Notes: generated by a model from the letters alone, not told the origin. 64,000 nt of DNA from an uncultured delta proteobacterium (GCA_963743305.1 CAVUPH010000020.1:1-64000), one strand, 5' to 3'; shown: positions 29,458 through 39,970, counted from the first letter of the stretch. Translations and numbers: made by a program.

Positions 29458-32181
29458 ATGCGCCCCCATGATGCACTGGTTTGTTTTGGATTGGCGGTCC
29501 TGCTCGGAGTTTATTTGGTGATCCGCTGGGTCATGGCCCATTCCCCCCTTTTGGCGGAGACCTACTACGACGAGGCGGTGACCGGGAATATGGCCCTCCA
29601 TATCCTCAAGGGCGAACCCCAGCTTTTCTTCTGGGGGCAGCCGTATATGGGGGCACTGGAATCGTATCTGACCAGCTCCCTGTTTTTCCTCTTTGGACCC
29701 TCGGCCTTCACCCTCCACCTGACCGATATTCTGATCTGCGCTTTTTTGCTTTTTATGGCCTTTCGGGTCGGGACCTTGGTGGGTGGGCGTTCGGTCGGTC
29801 TGCTGGCCGCCGCTTTGTGGTCCTTCTCACCGCTTTATCTGAGCGTTATCGGATTGTTGGCTACGGGGGGGCATGAGGAGGCCTGCGCATTCGGGGCCTT
29901 TATCCTCTTCGGTATCTGTCGGCTCAGTTTCGATTTGCCGAAGGCCGCGGTTCCCCTGGCTGGTTTGATCGGGTTGCTGGCCGGTCTGGGATTCTGGTCA
30001 AGCCTCTTGTCCGGCCCCTACCTGCTGGTCGGAGGCCTCGGCCTGGCCCTGGCCCGGCCGCGATTGTTATTAACCCGGATACCCTGGGTTGGAGTAGCCT
30101 TTTTTGCACTGGGTTCCCTTCCCTTCTGGTTGTGGGAAATCCGGCATGACTTCTCCACCTTCCAGTTTTTTGAGAGCCAGGGGGTCGGCATCTTCAGTCA
30201 ATTGGCAGATCGGATTTATATCGTTCTGCGGTACTCTTTTTTCCAAACCTTGCTGGGGGACTGGTGGGACGGCCACAGCGTCTTGCCGGCAGTTCCGCCG
30301 ATTTTGGCCTGGGCGATCTGGGCCGTTTTTTATCTACCCCCCTTCATCCTTTCCCTGATCGTTATTGCGCGCTGGGGCCGAAGGATCGCTTCTTTTCGCG
30401 GCCCGCTACAGGAACCGATCGACCTGGTGGTCGCTGTATTCTGGGTTCTGGTCCTGTCCTTTTCCACCAGCGAACAGGGGGCTACCGGTTCGCTCCGCTA
30501 CACCTTGACCTTTTATACGCCCTTCCTGATCCTGACGGCGGTCTGGCTTAAGACGTTATTCTCCTTGCGGCGCTGGCTGGGCGGCGGTCTGCTGATCGTT
30601 CTCCTGGGATTTAATCTTTTTCTCCATGGCCTCTTTCTCAAGGAATATCAAAGCCTGCCCTACCGTCCCATCGCCGGGCTGATCAAGGCCCTGGAGGCGC
30701 ATCATATTCGTTTTGCCTACGCCGATAACCGGATCTCCGTGCCCCTGAATTTTGAGAGCCAGGAAAAAATCACCTGCGCCGATTTCTCCGGCCAGCGCAA
30801 TTATGATTACCTCCGGGCCGTGGATCAGGCCCCGGCCGGGGAGGTGGCGATTATCACCAATCGGGAATTGGGTAATCCCCCGCCGGAGGTCATGGCCGCC
30901 TCCCTGCAAATGATCGGCGGCAGTTCCGACCGTTTTGAACAAGGGGATTATGTGGTCTGGTATAATTTTAGAGAACCGGCCTTTCCTCTCCGGTCCATTC
31001 CCGGTAAGGATTGGCGGATTACCGCCAGTCAGAACAGCAATAATGCATCTTTAATGAAGGACCGTGACATCCTGACCGACTGGGGGGTCCTTGAAAAGCC
31101 CGGGGAATGGGTGCAGGTGGATCTGGGCCACGTCCGGAAGTTGGCCCGGGTATCCCTCCTGCCCGGGCTAGGCGTATCCAGTGAAACCTCCTCCCTCCGG
31201 CTCGAGATTTCCCGGGATGGGCGGGACTGGAGCACGGTGACCCGAGACCAGTATTTCTTAGCCGGGTTGACCTGGGTGGGAGGGCGGCCCCGTTTGGACG
31301 ACAATCCCCGAATTCAAATTAATTTCCCGGCCCGGGAAGGGCGCTATCTGCGCCTAACCAACCTTCTTCAACCGGAAGATCCAAACAAGACCTGGACCAT
31401 TGCGGAAATGTTTATCTATGAGAGTCTGGAGCATCCGGACCCACCCCGGCCGGAAGCGAAAGCGGCCTTGGCCCGGGCCGGAGAGGCCCTGGATCGCTGG
31501 ATGGATGATCCCACCGGACCCCATCCGCGTTTCCCCGGCACCAACTCGGATTTTCGAAAAAGGCAAGTCAACTGGCCGGAGGTCATCCAGTGGGCCCAGA
31601 CCGCCGTCAGCTTGGCTCCGGACTGGGAAGAGCCGCATCAGTTGCTTGGAAAGGCGCTGTATCTGGGTGGATTGGGGAGTCCGATAGTTAAAGAGGAGGA
31701 AAAGAATGGTCTGGGTTACAACAACTTGTTTTCCCGGGGTGAATTAATTAAGAAGGTCCCACGGGATCAATTCAAGGTGGTTTCAAATTTCAATAATAAA
31801 GAAGCGGGACTGGCTGTAGACGGAGATCCGTTCACCCGTTGGGGGACCCTCCGGGAGCAATCCCCCGGTATGTTTTTTCAGGTGGACCTGGGTGAACGGT
31901 ACGAGGTAAAAGGCTTTTCCCTTTTTTTGAATACCTCCATATACGATTACCCCCGAAACCTCAAAATTTCAGGATCGCCGGATGGAACCCACTGGCGGGA
32001 TATCCAGGCAACCGCTCTGGCCGAATATGCCTTGAGAAACAGCCGTTTGATTAAACAAACGACCTACCGTTTTGATCCCCTCCCGATCCGATATCTAAAG
32101 TTAAAACAAATCGGTTCGGATCCGAGGTTCTGGTGGTCTATTTATGAATTGGAAGTGCTGGAGGCTAAAACAGTGGAATGA
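29458..32181 (+). CDS. ArnT/PMT-like GT-C glycosyltransferase with two discoidin (F5/8 type C) domains
   Basis: DEAVTGNMA..FFWGQPYMGALE, many TMs; WVQVDLG, AVDGDPFTRW, FFQVDLG, WWSIYELEV. Confidence 0.78.
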   Translation: MRPHDALVCFGLAVLLGVYLVIRWVMAHSPLLAETYYDEAVTGNMALHILKGEPQLFFWGQPYMGALESYLTSSLFFLFGPSAFTLHLTDILICAFLLFMAFRVGTLVGGRSVGLLAAALWSFSPLYLSVIGLLATGGHEEACAFGAFILFGICRLSFDLPKAAVPLAGLIGLLAGLGFWSSLLSGPYLLVGGLGLALARPRLLLTRIPWVGVAFFALGSLPFWLWEIRHDFSTFQFFESQGVGIFSQLADRIYIVLRYSFFQTLLGDWWDGHSVLPAVPPILAWAIWAVFYLPPFILSLIVIARWGRRIASFRGPLQEPIDLVVAVFWVLVLSFSTSEQGATGSLRYTLTFYTPFLILTAVWLKTLFSLRRWLGGGLLIVLLGFNLFLHGLFLKEYQSLPYRPIAGLIKALEAHHIRFAYADNRISVPLNFESQEKITCADFSGQRNYDYLRAVDQAPAGEVAIITNRELGNPPPEVMAASLQMIGGSSDRFEQGDYVVWYNFREPAFPLRSIPGKDWRITASQNSNNASLMKDRDILTDWGVLEKPGEWVQVDLGHVRKLARVSLLPGLGVSSETSSLRLEISRDGRDWSTVTRDQYFLAGLTWVGGRPRLDDNPRIQINFPAREGRYLRLTNLLQPEDPNKTWTIAEMFIYESLEHPDPPRPEAKAALARAGEALDRWMDDPTGPHPRFPGTNSDFRKRQVNWPEVIQWAQTAVSLAPDWEEPHQLLGKALYLGGLGSPIVKEEEKNGLGYNNLFSRGELIKKVPRDQFKVVSNFNNKEAGLAVDGDPFTRWGTLREQSPGMFFQVDLGERYEVKGFSLFLNTSIYDYPRNLKISGSPDGTHWRDIQATALAEYALRNSRLIKQTTYRFDPLPIRYLKLKQIGSDPRFWWSIYELEVLEAKTVE

Positions 32182-32315
32182 TTAACCGGCTTTTTCGGTT
32201 CTAACCCGGCCCCTGGTGTTTTTTAATCTTCCAGGGGGCAAGGTCGACCAGGAAGGAATCCAAGGGCTCTAAGTTTGGGCCTGCTTTAAAACATGTTGGC
32301 CTCTTCTATCGTAAA

Positions 32316-34475
32316 ATGGTAGATAAAACAGGCTTCAGTTATATTCTTTACACGGTGGGTTCAATGGATGAAAAGAACAAGAAAGAATTCTCCGATCCCG
32401 GGTTAATAAGTCGGAAGAGAGATTTTCGCTGGTGCTCTAAGATCTTCCGCTGGGGTCCTTTATTGGTAGGTGTTGCCTTCTGGGTTTCAACGCCCGGATA
32501 CGCGCAGGATTTGTCCGGGGCAATCACCTCGGCGACGGCGGCGATCCAAACCAAGGCCCACCGTTTTTCGAAACTTCTGGATCAGGCGCAAAATAAAGGG
32601 ACAGTCAGGGCTATTGTCCGGCTTAAGAGCAGCTCCGTGGCGGGAGGACGCTTGTCCAGGGAAGAAGAGATTGCGGAGGAGCGGGCGGACATCGCCCGCC
32701 GGCAGGACCGGATTTTGAATGACCTGGAGGGACAACTTGTTAGAAACATAAACAAATTCAACTATATCCCCTTTCTGGCCCTGGAACTTGATTACCTGGC
32801 CCTGGCCTCACTGGAAAACAATCCCCTGATCGCCGATATCGAAGAGGACAGTTTAAGCCAACCGGCCTTAAATGAAACGATCCCCCTGATCGGAGTCCCT
32901 TCGGTGTGGTCGCTGGGGTTCGACGGCCGGGAGTTGACCGTAGCCGTGCTGGACACCGGGGTAGATTTTAGCAATCCCTACTTCTCCGGAAAGCTGGTGG
33001 GCGGGGCCTGCTTTTCCAATTCCTGCAACTCGCCGGCCGGCGTCAATTGTTCTTCCACCGCCCTCTGCGATCACGGGACCTATATTGCCGGCATCGTCGC
33101 GGCCAGCAGCGGCGGTTCCTCAAATAATGGAGTGGCCAAAGGGGCCAACATCTTGCCGGTCCAGATATTTTCCAAAACGGACTACGGAATCGAATCTTAT
33201 AAATCCGACCAGATCGCAGCACTCGACTATGTTTATGGATTAAGGAGATCCTACAATATTGCCGCCGTAAATATCAGCGTTCGCGGTGGGCTTTACCCGA
33301 ACCAGGCCTCCTGTGATGCGGACAATCCCTCTACGAAATTTATGTTTGACCTGCTGAGGTCGATCGATATTGCTCTGGTCGTCCCTTCCGGGAACAATGG
33401 GGACTCCAAACAATTGGCCTATCCCGCCTGTATTTCCTCGGCGATTAGTGTGGGGGGCACTACCAAGGGCGATCAGATAGCCGATTTTTCCAATAGCGCC
33501 GAATACCTCTCCCTCCTGGCCCCCGGGGCGGATGTCTTTTCGACCACGATTGGAGGCGGCTGGGTCCTGGGATACAGCGGGACCTCTCTGGCCGCCCCGC
33601 ATGTTTCCGGAACCTGGGCCATCCTTAAACAGGCGGCCCCCAAGGCGACCGTCGATCAGATCCTGGCGGCCCTACAGGACTCCGGGGTCCCGATTAAGGA
33701 TCCCCGTAACGGTTTGACCAAATCCCGAATCCAGGTGGATAAGGCCCTCAAGGCGCTTGATCATAACGCTCCCCAATCCCAAATGACCGCTCTGCCCACA
33801 GTGTCCACTAGCCCGTTTTCCCTATCCTGGTCGGGGACGGATGACGTGAGCGGCCTTGGCTCTTATGATGTCCAGGTCCGCGAGGGCTATGAAGGGGTCT
33901 GGAGGGATTTTCTTCTGAATACCACCACGACTTCCGCTTCCTTTAGCGGCGGTCATGGACAGACCTATTTTTTTCGGGTCCGGGCCCGGGATCGTATCGG
34001 TAACCAGGGACCCTACGGTAACGAAGAATGGGGACAGACTTTTACCACGGTCCTGACCTCACCGGCCCCGGTCCTGGTCTCCTCATACCAATACGCCTCT
34101 CCTCGGCTTTTTCAAGGGGACCAACCGCTTTTCTATACCATCCGGCTCCAAAACACCGGGAATAAAGACGCCCTGGCTTCGCTGGAAGATACCCCTCCCT
34201 CAACCCAGACCGTTTTTTCTGGAACTCTGGCGGCCACCTCGGGTCTGCCACCGACCTTCGTGGGGGGGAAGATATCCTGGTCGGGTACGGTCCCGGTCTC
34301 GGGAGAAGTGCGGGTAACCTACGCTGTCGCCCCTAAGCCGGGTCTCCCCTGGCTGACCCCACAAATCAACACCGTCCAAATATTCGGAAGCGTCCTGGGA
34401 CCCTTCAGCCGTTCAGCCGAAGTAATTCGGGCCTATGGGTTTTGGCTCCCTTTGATTATGGAGACGCCCCCCTGA
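32316..34475 (+). CDS. S8 (subtilisin-like) serine peptidase with FN3-like and DUF11-like domains
   Basis: VAVLDTGV, HGTYIAGI, SGNNG, GTSLAAPHV catalytic triad; YFFRVRARDRIGN; YTIRLQNTG; start codon uncertain. Confidence 0.88.
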   Translation: MVDKTGFSYILYTVGSMDEKNKKEFSDPGLISRKRDFRWCSKIFRWGPLLVGVAFWVSTPGYAQDLSGAITSATAAIQTKAHRFSKLLDQAQNKGTVRAIVRLKSSSVAGGRLSREEEIAEERADIARRQDRILNDLEGQLVRNINKFNYIPFLALELDYLALASLENNPLIADIEEDSLSQPALNETIPLIGVPSVWSLGFDGRELTVAVLDTGVDFSNPYFSGKLVGGACFSNSCNSPAGVNCSSTALCDHGTYIAGIVAASSGGSSNNGVAKGANILPVQIFSKTDYGIESYKSDQIAALDYVYGLRRSYNIAAVNISVRGGLYPNQASCDADNPSTKFMFDLLRSIDIALVVPSGNNGDSKQLAYPACISSAISVGGTTKGDQIADFSNSAEYLSLLAPGADVFSTTIGGGWVLGYSGTSLAAPHVSGTWAILKQAAPKATVDQILAALQDSGVPIKDPRNGLTKSRIQVDKALKALDHNAPQSQMTALPTVSTSPFSLSWSGTDDVSGLGSYDVQVREGYEGVWRDFLLNTTTTSASFSGGHGQTYFFRVRARDRIGNQGPYGNEEWGQTFTTVLTSPAPVLVSSYQYASPRLFQGDQPLFYTIRLQNTGNKDALASLEDTPPSTQTVFSGTLAATSGLPPTFVGGKISWSGTVPVSGEVRVTYAVAPKPGLPWLTPQINTVQIFGSVLGPFSRSAEVIRAYGFWLPLIMETPP

Positions 34476-34809
34476 TCACTGCCAGGCTATCCTGATGATT
34501 TTCCCGACATCAGGACCTCCAGACACTGATCTACCGACGTTTTCAGCCCCAGGGATCCGGAGTTTATTACAACAGTGGCTATTTTCCCTGCGTCTTTATG
34601 ATCGGCAAGGCGAAGGCCTTTCCCAAGGCAATGAAAAACAACTACTCGAACGCGGTGATCGATTCTCTTTACAAATTAGTACGGGCTTGACGAAAGGGAG
34701 GGCTTTTGGTAGGAAAGAACTCAATAATCAGTACGAACTTAGCCCGGGCCAGGCCGTGGCCCAACTCTGGAATTAAACGGCACTGACGGAACAAACGGAG
34801 ATAAACCCG

Positions 34810-35493
34810 ATGCCTTCCGAGTGGGATCAACATTTCAGTTCAACAAAAATCGATCACGGCATTATGGAGATCTGGGCCGGCTATTTCGTGGACTCCTACC
34901 AGAAATATTTCGGTTTTTCAAAACGCGATATAGTGCTGGATTTTGGGGCCGGGTTGGGGGATGTTTCCCAATTGATCAAGGATAAGGTCGAAAGGATTTA
35001 TTTGTATGATAAGTCGGAATTTTTCTTAGAACAATTGAGGAATAGGTTTGGCGTCTTTCCCCACCTCCAGGTAGTTCACTCGCTAGAGAACATAAAGGAA
35101 CCGGTTTCTTTAATTATTATCAACGGCGTCATCCACTACATGAAGGAAGACGAAGTTAAGAACATGTTGGGGGAGCTGAAAAGACTCTGTGACTCAAAAA
35201 CCCGAATCATTATTTCCGACATTGTCCCCCCCGGTTATTCGAAAGCGATTGACGCCATTTCCCAATTGCTGACCGGCATGAGGAAAAAATTTTTCAGGAA
35301 ACTGCTCTCCTTCATCATTACCAATATCCGGGACGATCCGAAGCTGAGCTTGAAAACGTCTTCCCTTTATCTCTATGACGAGAAGCAATTGCGACAAACC
35401 CTTTCAGGGCTGGGGTATGCCGCCCGCAAGCTGGAGAATAATTTTTCCTACTCCAAGTACCGGTATACGCTCCATTGTACCCTGAACGGTTAA
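34810..35493 (+). CDS. Class I SAM-dependent methyltransferase
   Basis: VLDFGAGLG motif I, NGVIHYM. Confidence 0.8.
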   Translation: MPSEWDQHFSSTKIDHGIMEIWAGYFVDSYQKYFGFSKRDIVLDFGAGLGDVSQLIKDKVERIYLYDKSEFFLEQLRNRFGVFPHLQVVHSLENIKEPVSLIIINGVIHYMKEDEVKNMLGELKRLCDSKTRIIISDIVPPGYSKAIDAISQLLTGMRKKFFRKLLSFIITNIRDDPKLSLKTSSLYLYDEKQLRQTLSGLGYAARKLENNFSYSKYRYTLHCTLNG

Positions 35494-35508
35494 GACGACC
35501 GCCGGAGG

Positions 35509-38187
35509 TTATCGAGGTCTTTCTGAACTCCCCTCAGATGGCCCGCCTTTTTTCCGCCGGAACGTCCAGAAGAGAAACCCCAAGAGCCAGAGCGGTGCGA
35601 TAAACAACCCGGCCACCAGCCAGGGGGCGCCAAAGGCAAAGCGGACCTGATGGGATCCCGGCCCAATCGGCAGGGCGGTCAGAAATCCATAGGCCTTGAG
35701 GATCGAGGTCTTTCGACCGTCCACCCAGGCGGTCCATCCGGGATAAGCCGCCTGGGTCATGACCAGATATCCGGGGCGTCGGGCGTTCACCTGAAGGTCT
35801 ACGTTTTCGTCTCCCCAGTGGAGGATTTTGACCTCCCCCCCCGGATCAGTCGTCATTGTGGCCGGGGTCTGGTACCCCGGAGGGGTCTCTCGAAAGAGCA
35901 CGCAACGGGTGGGGTCTTCAGAAGAGAGGGCCTGCAGGTAGGCCGTCTGGTCCTTAAAGACCGCCGCCCGGGAGACGAAAAAGGCCAGGGACTGGGGATG
36001 CTCGTTGCGGACCAGCCAACTGCGGACCGGTGTGGTCTCCAGGGTGTCGGAAACCGGACTTCCGTTGACCGAGACCTTTTCGATCCTGACCTTTCCCTCG
36101 GGCTGGGTGGAGGCCATCAGGATTTCTGAAGCGGATACGGGTCCGGCCAGGGGGATTTCCAAAGAGGCCCCTTTGGAAAGTTGTTCGAGCGTTATCGGCC
36201 AACTACCCATCAGCTGCGAGTCCTCCGCCAGTCCGATCTCCGCCACGACCAGTCCCGCGCTTTTGCCCTCGAGGCCATCAACCCGGGCTTCCAGGTTCAG
36301 TTGCGAGACCTTTTCTCCCGGGTTCAGGCGGATGGCGGCCTGGGAGAAACCGAGCAGGTCCCATCGCGACCGCCGGGCGGAAATTTCCGGGCGTCCTTTT
36401 TCTAAGTATTTCACCCCCAAGAGGCTGATCGCCCTGGGCATCTCGATCAATCTCTCCCCCCAGGCCAATTGCCAGAATCCCAGAGGATGAAGGCGTTCCG
36501 GGTAGCCGTCGATGGGGTAAAAGGATCTCACCCGATACCGGTAAAAGGCGGACTGGGAGATGTTCCGTTCCCAGGGAGTTCGAACCCCTTCAATGCCGAT
36601 CAGAATGCGGGCAGGCCCTTCCGCAGAAAGATGGCCCAAATCCCGCGCGATGCCGTCCATGGCAACGGTAACCTCGCTGGGATCCGGTCCATAGGCATTT
36701 TCACTTTTGACTATATTGAAATTGAGCCCCGCCGAAGGATAGTAAAAGACCAAATCCAGAACCACAATGGCTACGATTAAAAACTGAAGCCGGAGGCCCG
36801 TCACCCCCTCCCGGACCCTCCGAAAAACAAACCAGGTAGCAGCCAGAAATAGGATGACGCCGGTCATGGACTGAAGGATCAGGGGGATCTTCTCGCGGCC
36901 GGTAAGGACATCGAGGTGGCTGACGGCGACCAGGGAGATCATCAGCAGGAAAAGGCCCCCAATGATAATTGCCAGCCCCCGGCTGAATCCGGAGAACTCC
37001 TCGGGCTGTTTGACCGAGAGTAGTCGGGCAACCCCAAACCCGGCTAGGACCAGCAATCCCAAGGAAACTACAAAGACATAACGGCTGGGAAGGCGGAAAT
37101 ACTTGAAACCGGGCAGCACATAGACCAGGATCTTGTGGATCCCCAGGTTGCCTCCCATCATCAAAATCAAAAAGGCGATAACCAGCACCTTCCAAAAACC
37201 GGCCTCGGAACGGGGCTGGAACCCCAGGGCCGCCACCCAGGCCAGAACCAGGGGCATGATGCCTACGTAAAAAAAAGTTTCCCCGTGACCGCCCTCTAAT
37301 TGCGGAAAAAGGAAAGTATAGAGCATGCTGAAGTCGGCCGAACCGCTTTGACTGTGAATTAAAAGGCTGCGGGTGTGGCCGGCTATCACCTCAGCGGGAC
37401 CCCAAATGAGGGTGACCAGTTGCTGGGCTAACTGGGGGGCGCTGGTTAATACAAAAGAAAGGGACAGCGGCAGGTAAATACGGAAGGCCGTGGCCCAGGC
37501 CGCCCGGACCCCCGATTCTTCCGTGTCCATAACCAGCCCATAGAGGGCATAGAGCAGGACCGCCACTCCGATATAATAAAAAATTTGAGGATGGCCGCCC
37601 ATAAAACAAAAGCCCATGAAAACCCCGGCCCATAACCCTTCTCGTTTCAATCCTCGCCGGCGGGCACGTTGCAGAAATAGAAAGACGAAGGGTGCCCAGA
37701 CAAAGGTATGAACCATCATCGGCTCTACGCTTTTGATCACCACCACGCCGCAGCAGCCCATGATTACCCCCATGACCACGGCGGCGGTTCGGCCCAGGTT
37801 CAGCGATAACCCTAATAGGTAGGCCCCCAGCGCCCCCAGGGAACAATGGATGGTGAGCATCCATTGAGCCGGATTACTCCGCAGGTAGCCATCCTGCAAC
37901 AGAAAGGTATAGACCAAAGAAAGAGGGTTAAAAAGGTCGAAAAAATAAGTAGGGAAGGGTATTCCGGTGGCCTGAACGGCATCCCAGAGGACCAGTTTTC
38001 CCTGGCGTAACTGGTGATAGAAGTAGCCCCGGGCTCCGATGAGTTCGGTGAAGTCCCGCCCGTAAAACAAACCATTCAGGTAGAGCAATCGCTGCAGGAA
38101 AGGCAGGAGCACGACCAGGGCTCCTCCGAGAAAAGTTCTGCCTAGTAATTCGGAAAGTCGGTTTTTCGCTTGGGTAATGATTTTCAT
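35509..38187 (-). CDS. YfhO family membrane (GT-C) protein
   Basis: LWD...GIPF, GHPQIFYY, YVGI, FRLPSRY, C-terminal YPGWTAWVDG...GSHQVRF. Confidence 0.88.
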   Translation of the reverse strand: MKIITQAKNRLSELLGRTFLGGALVVLLPFLQRLLYLNGLFYGRDFTELIGARGYFYHQLRQGKLVLWDAVQATGIPFPTYFFDLFNPLSLVYTFLLQDGYLRSNPAQWMLTIHCSLGALGAYLLGLSLNLGRTAAVVMGVIMGCCGVVVIKSVEPMMVHTFVWAPFVFLFLQRARRRGLKREGLWAGVFMGFCFMGGHPQIFYYIGVAVLLYALYGLVMDTEESGVRAAWATAFRIYLPLSLSFVLTSAPQLAQQLVTLIWGPAEVIAGHTRSLLIHSQSGSADFSMLYTFLFPQLEGGHGETFFYVGIMPLVLAWVAALGFQPRSEAGFWKVLVIAFLILMMGGNLGIHKILVYVLPGFKYFRLPSRYVFVVSLGLLVLAGFGVARLLSVKQPEEFSGFSRGLAIIIGGLFLLMISLVAVSHLDVLTGREKIPLILQSMTGVILFLAATWFVFRRVREGVTGLRLQFLIVAIVVLDLVFYYPSAGLNFNIVKSENAYGPDPSEVTVAMDGIARDLGHLSAEGPARILIGIEGVRTPWERNISQSAFYRYRVRSFYPIDGYPERLHPLGFWQLAWGERLIEMPRAISLLGVKYLEKGRPEISARRSRWDLLGFSQAAIRLNPGEKVSQLNLEARVDGLEGKSAGLVVAEIGLAEDSQLMGSWPITLEQLSKGASLEIPLAGPVSASEILMASTQPEGKVRIEKVSVNGSPVSDTLETTPVRSWLVRNEHPQSLAFFVSRAAVFKDQTAYLQALSSEDPTRCVLFRETPPGYQTPATMTTDPGGEVKILHWGDENVDLQVNARRPGYLVMTQAAYPGWTAWVDGRKTSILKAYGFLTALPIGPGSHQVRFAFGAPWLVAGLFIAPLWLLGFLFWTFRRKKGGPSEGSSERPR

Positions 38188-38246
38188 GTCGCCTTCTTCC
38201 GTTTTTATGAAGGGCTATTGCGGATGGACTTTTTGCGGGGTCGTCT

Positions 38247-38984
38247 TCATTGATAGCCGCCCTTATGGTCCTGCGAACGAATGGTAAAAAGGTCCCTTAG
38301 GCTGGCCAGAGACTGCCTTAAAAAGGAAACAGTGGTAGGTTCCGAGAAATAGCGGAAGATGACCGGAACCTCTCGAACCGTCAATCCGAATTTTTCGGCG
38401 ATATAAATCAGTTCCACATCAAAAGTAAAGCCTTCCAGCGTCTGCCGCGGGAAAATGATCTCTTTGGCCTTTCGGCTGAACCCTTTCAGCCCGGCCTGGG
38501 TGTCAAAAATGGAAAGGCCCAGCATCTTTCTGACCAGTCCATTAAAGAGGCGGCTGCCAATATGGCGGGTGTAGATATAACCGAAAAATTCGGGGCTCAT
38601 AATGAAACGGGAGCCCGGCGCCACCCGGGTGGCGATGGCTAGGTCCGCCCCTTCTTTTAGGGTCTGGACGATCTTGCCAATCTCCGGGGGCTGGTAAGCC
38701 AGATCGGCGTCGGTAAAAACCGACAAATCTCCTTGGGCCTGGTTCATCCCAACCCGTACGGAGTACCCTTTGCCTCGATTGGTCCCGTTCCGGAGCAGAA
38801 GGACCCGGGGGTGGTTCCCGCCAAGTTCCTCCAAAATCGATGCCGTATGATCCTGGCTGCCGTCATCTACAAAAATGAGCTCGTACTCTTCCCCCAGCCC
38901 CTCCAGATAATCCACTAATTCCTGGAAGGATTCCGATATAAAGACGGCGCTATTGTAAACGGGAACGATGATCGAAAGCTTCAT
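38247..38984 (-). CDS. GT2 polyprenyl-phosphate glycosyltransferase (Dol-P-Glc synthase-like)
   Basis: SIIVPVYN, VDDGSQD, NRGKGYSVR, FTDADL, DTQAGLKGF, FDVEL. Confidence 0.9.
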   Translation of the reverse strand: MKLSIIVPVYNSAVFISESFQELVDYLEGLGEEYELIFVDDGSQDHTASILEELGGNHPRVLLLRNGTNRGKGYSVRVGMNQAQGDLSVFTDADLAYQPPEIGKIVQTLKEGADLAIATRVAPGSRFIMSPEFFGYIYTRHIGSRLFNGLVRKMLGLSIFDTQAGLKGFSRKAKEIIFPRQTLEGFTFDVELIYIAEKFGLTVREVPVIFRYFSEPTTVSFLRQSLASLRDLFTIRSQDHKGGYQ

Positions 38985-39832
38985 ACCGTCGCTTCAACGG
39001 ACCCGGAGACCGGCCGGTCCAAGACAATTTCCAAATCCTTGAGGAGTCGTTTGACTCCGGGATCGCAGAGCCCTTTCAATTCGATCGCCCTTTCCCAGAC
39101 AAAGGTGTCCTCTTTTTCCAGGAGGGTATCCGGTTTTCCGGGGTGAACCATGAATTCTGTAGTCCCCTGGGGTAACCCGCGGATGGTCCTGGTGAGCCGG
39201 GCAGCGTAATCCCGCCGACCCTGGATGGACAGCCCCCGGAAGGCGTCACTCGTGGGAAGCGGCCAGGGCCTGAGAGTCAGGAGGCGAAAGATGACGCGTT
39301 TGACCAGTGCGGGATGGGAAAGGCTCCCTTGCCAAATGGCCTCAGCCGGCCTTCTCAGCCAGGGTATGTAGTATTTGTGAGCACATCGGGCTGCCAGCGG
39401 CAAGAGCCCCGGCAGGAGATGCAGGTGATGGTGGCTATCCAGATGGGTGGGGCTGATCCCGGAATGGGAAACCCTTTGAATTTGGGCCTCCCATTCCCTG
39501 GCCACCTCCCCCCGGTCCAGTCGGCCCATCAGGAATCTTTTTAGGATCTCGCCCAAGGATGCCAATTTCCCATCCGCTCCCACCAGGCTGGGGATGCTGG
39601 AGGGAGATGAAAGGGGGGGGCCCCAGGTTAAGGTTAAATGGACGCCCACTCCCAGACCGGGTCTCTGGCGAGATAGGGCCACGGCCCGGTCGAAGTCCAA
39701 TCCCCCGGCCATGATAGAGGTGTGGGTCACGATCCCTTTTTCATGCGCTTCGAGGATCCCGTCGGTAACTCCCGGGGTAAACCCAAAATCATCGGCGGTT
39801 ACCCGAAGCCTGCGTTTGGAAGTGAAACCCAC
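38981..39832 (-). CDS. YdjC/ChbG/HpnK family carbohydrate deacetylase
   Basis: TADDFG, GVHLTL, HLDSHHHLH, EFMVHPG. Confidence 0.92.
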   Translation of the reverse strand: MGFTSKRRLRVTADDFGFTPGVTDGILEAHEKGIVTHTSIMAGGLDFDRAVALSRQRPGLGVGVHLTLTWGPPLSSPSSIPSLVGADGKLASLGEILKRFLMGRLDRGEVAREWEAQIQRVSHSGISPTHLDSHHHLHLLPGLLPLAARCAHKYYIPWLRRPAEAIWQGSLSHPALVKRVIFRLLTLRPWPLPTSDAFRGLSIQGRRDYAARLTRTIRGLPQGTTEFMVHPGKPDTLLEKEDTFVWERAIELKGLCDPGVKRLLKDLEIVLDRPVSGSVEATV

Positions 39833-39970
39833 TTTATTCCTTGCCGGTAATGATCTCGCTTGACATTTTTAATTTTTCAACTTAACTCATAAAGTCGGCT
39901 GGAGGCAAGGAAAAGATGAGCAGGAGATGGAGGAGGCCCATTGAGTCGAACCCGGGAAATCATTTTTTTA

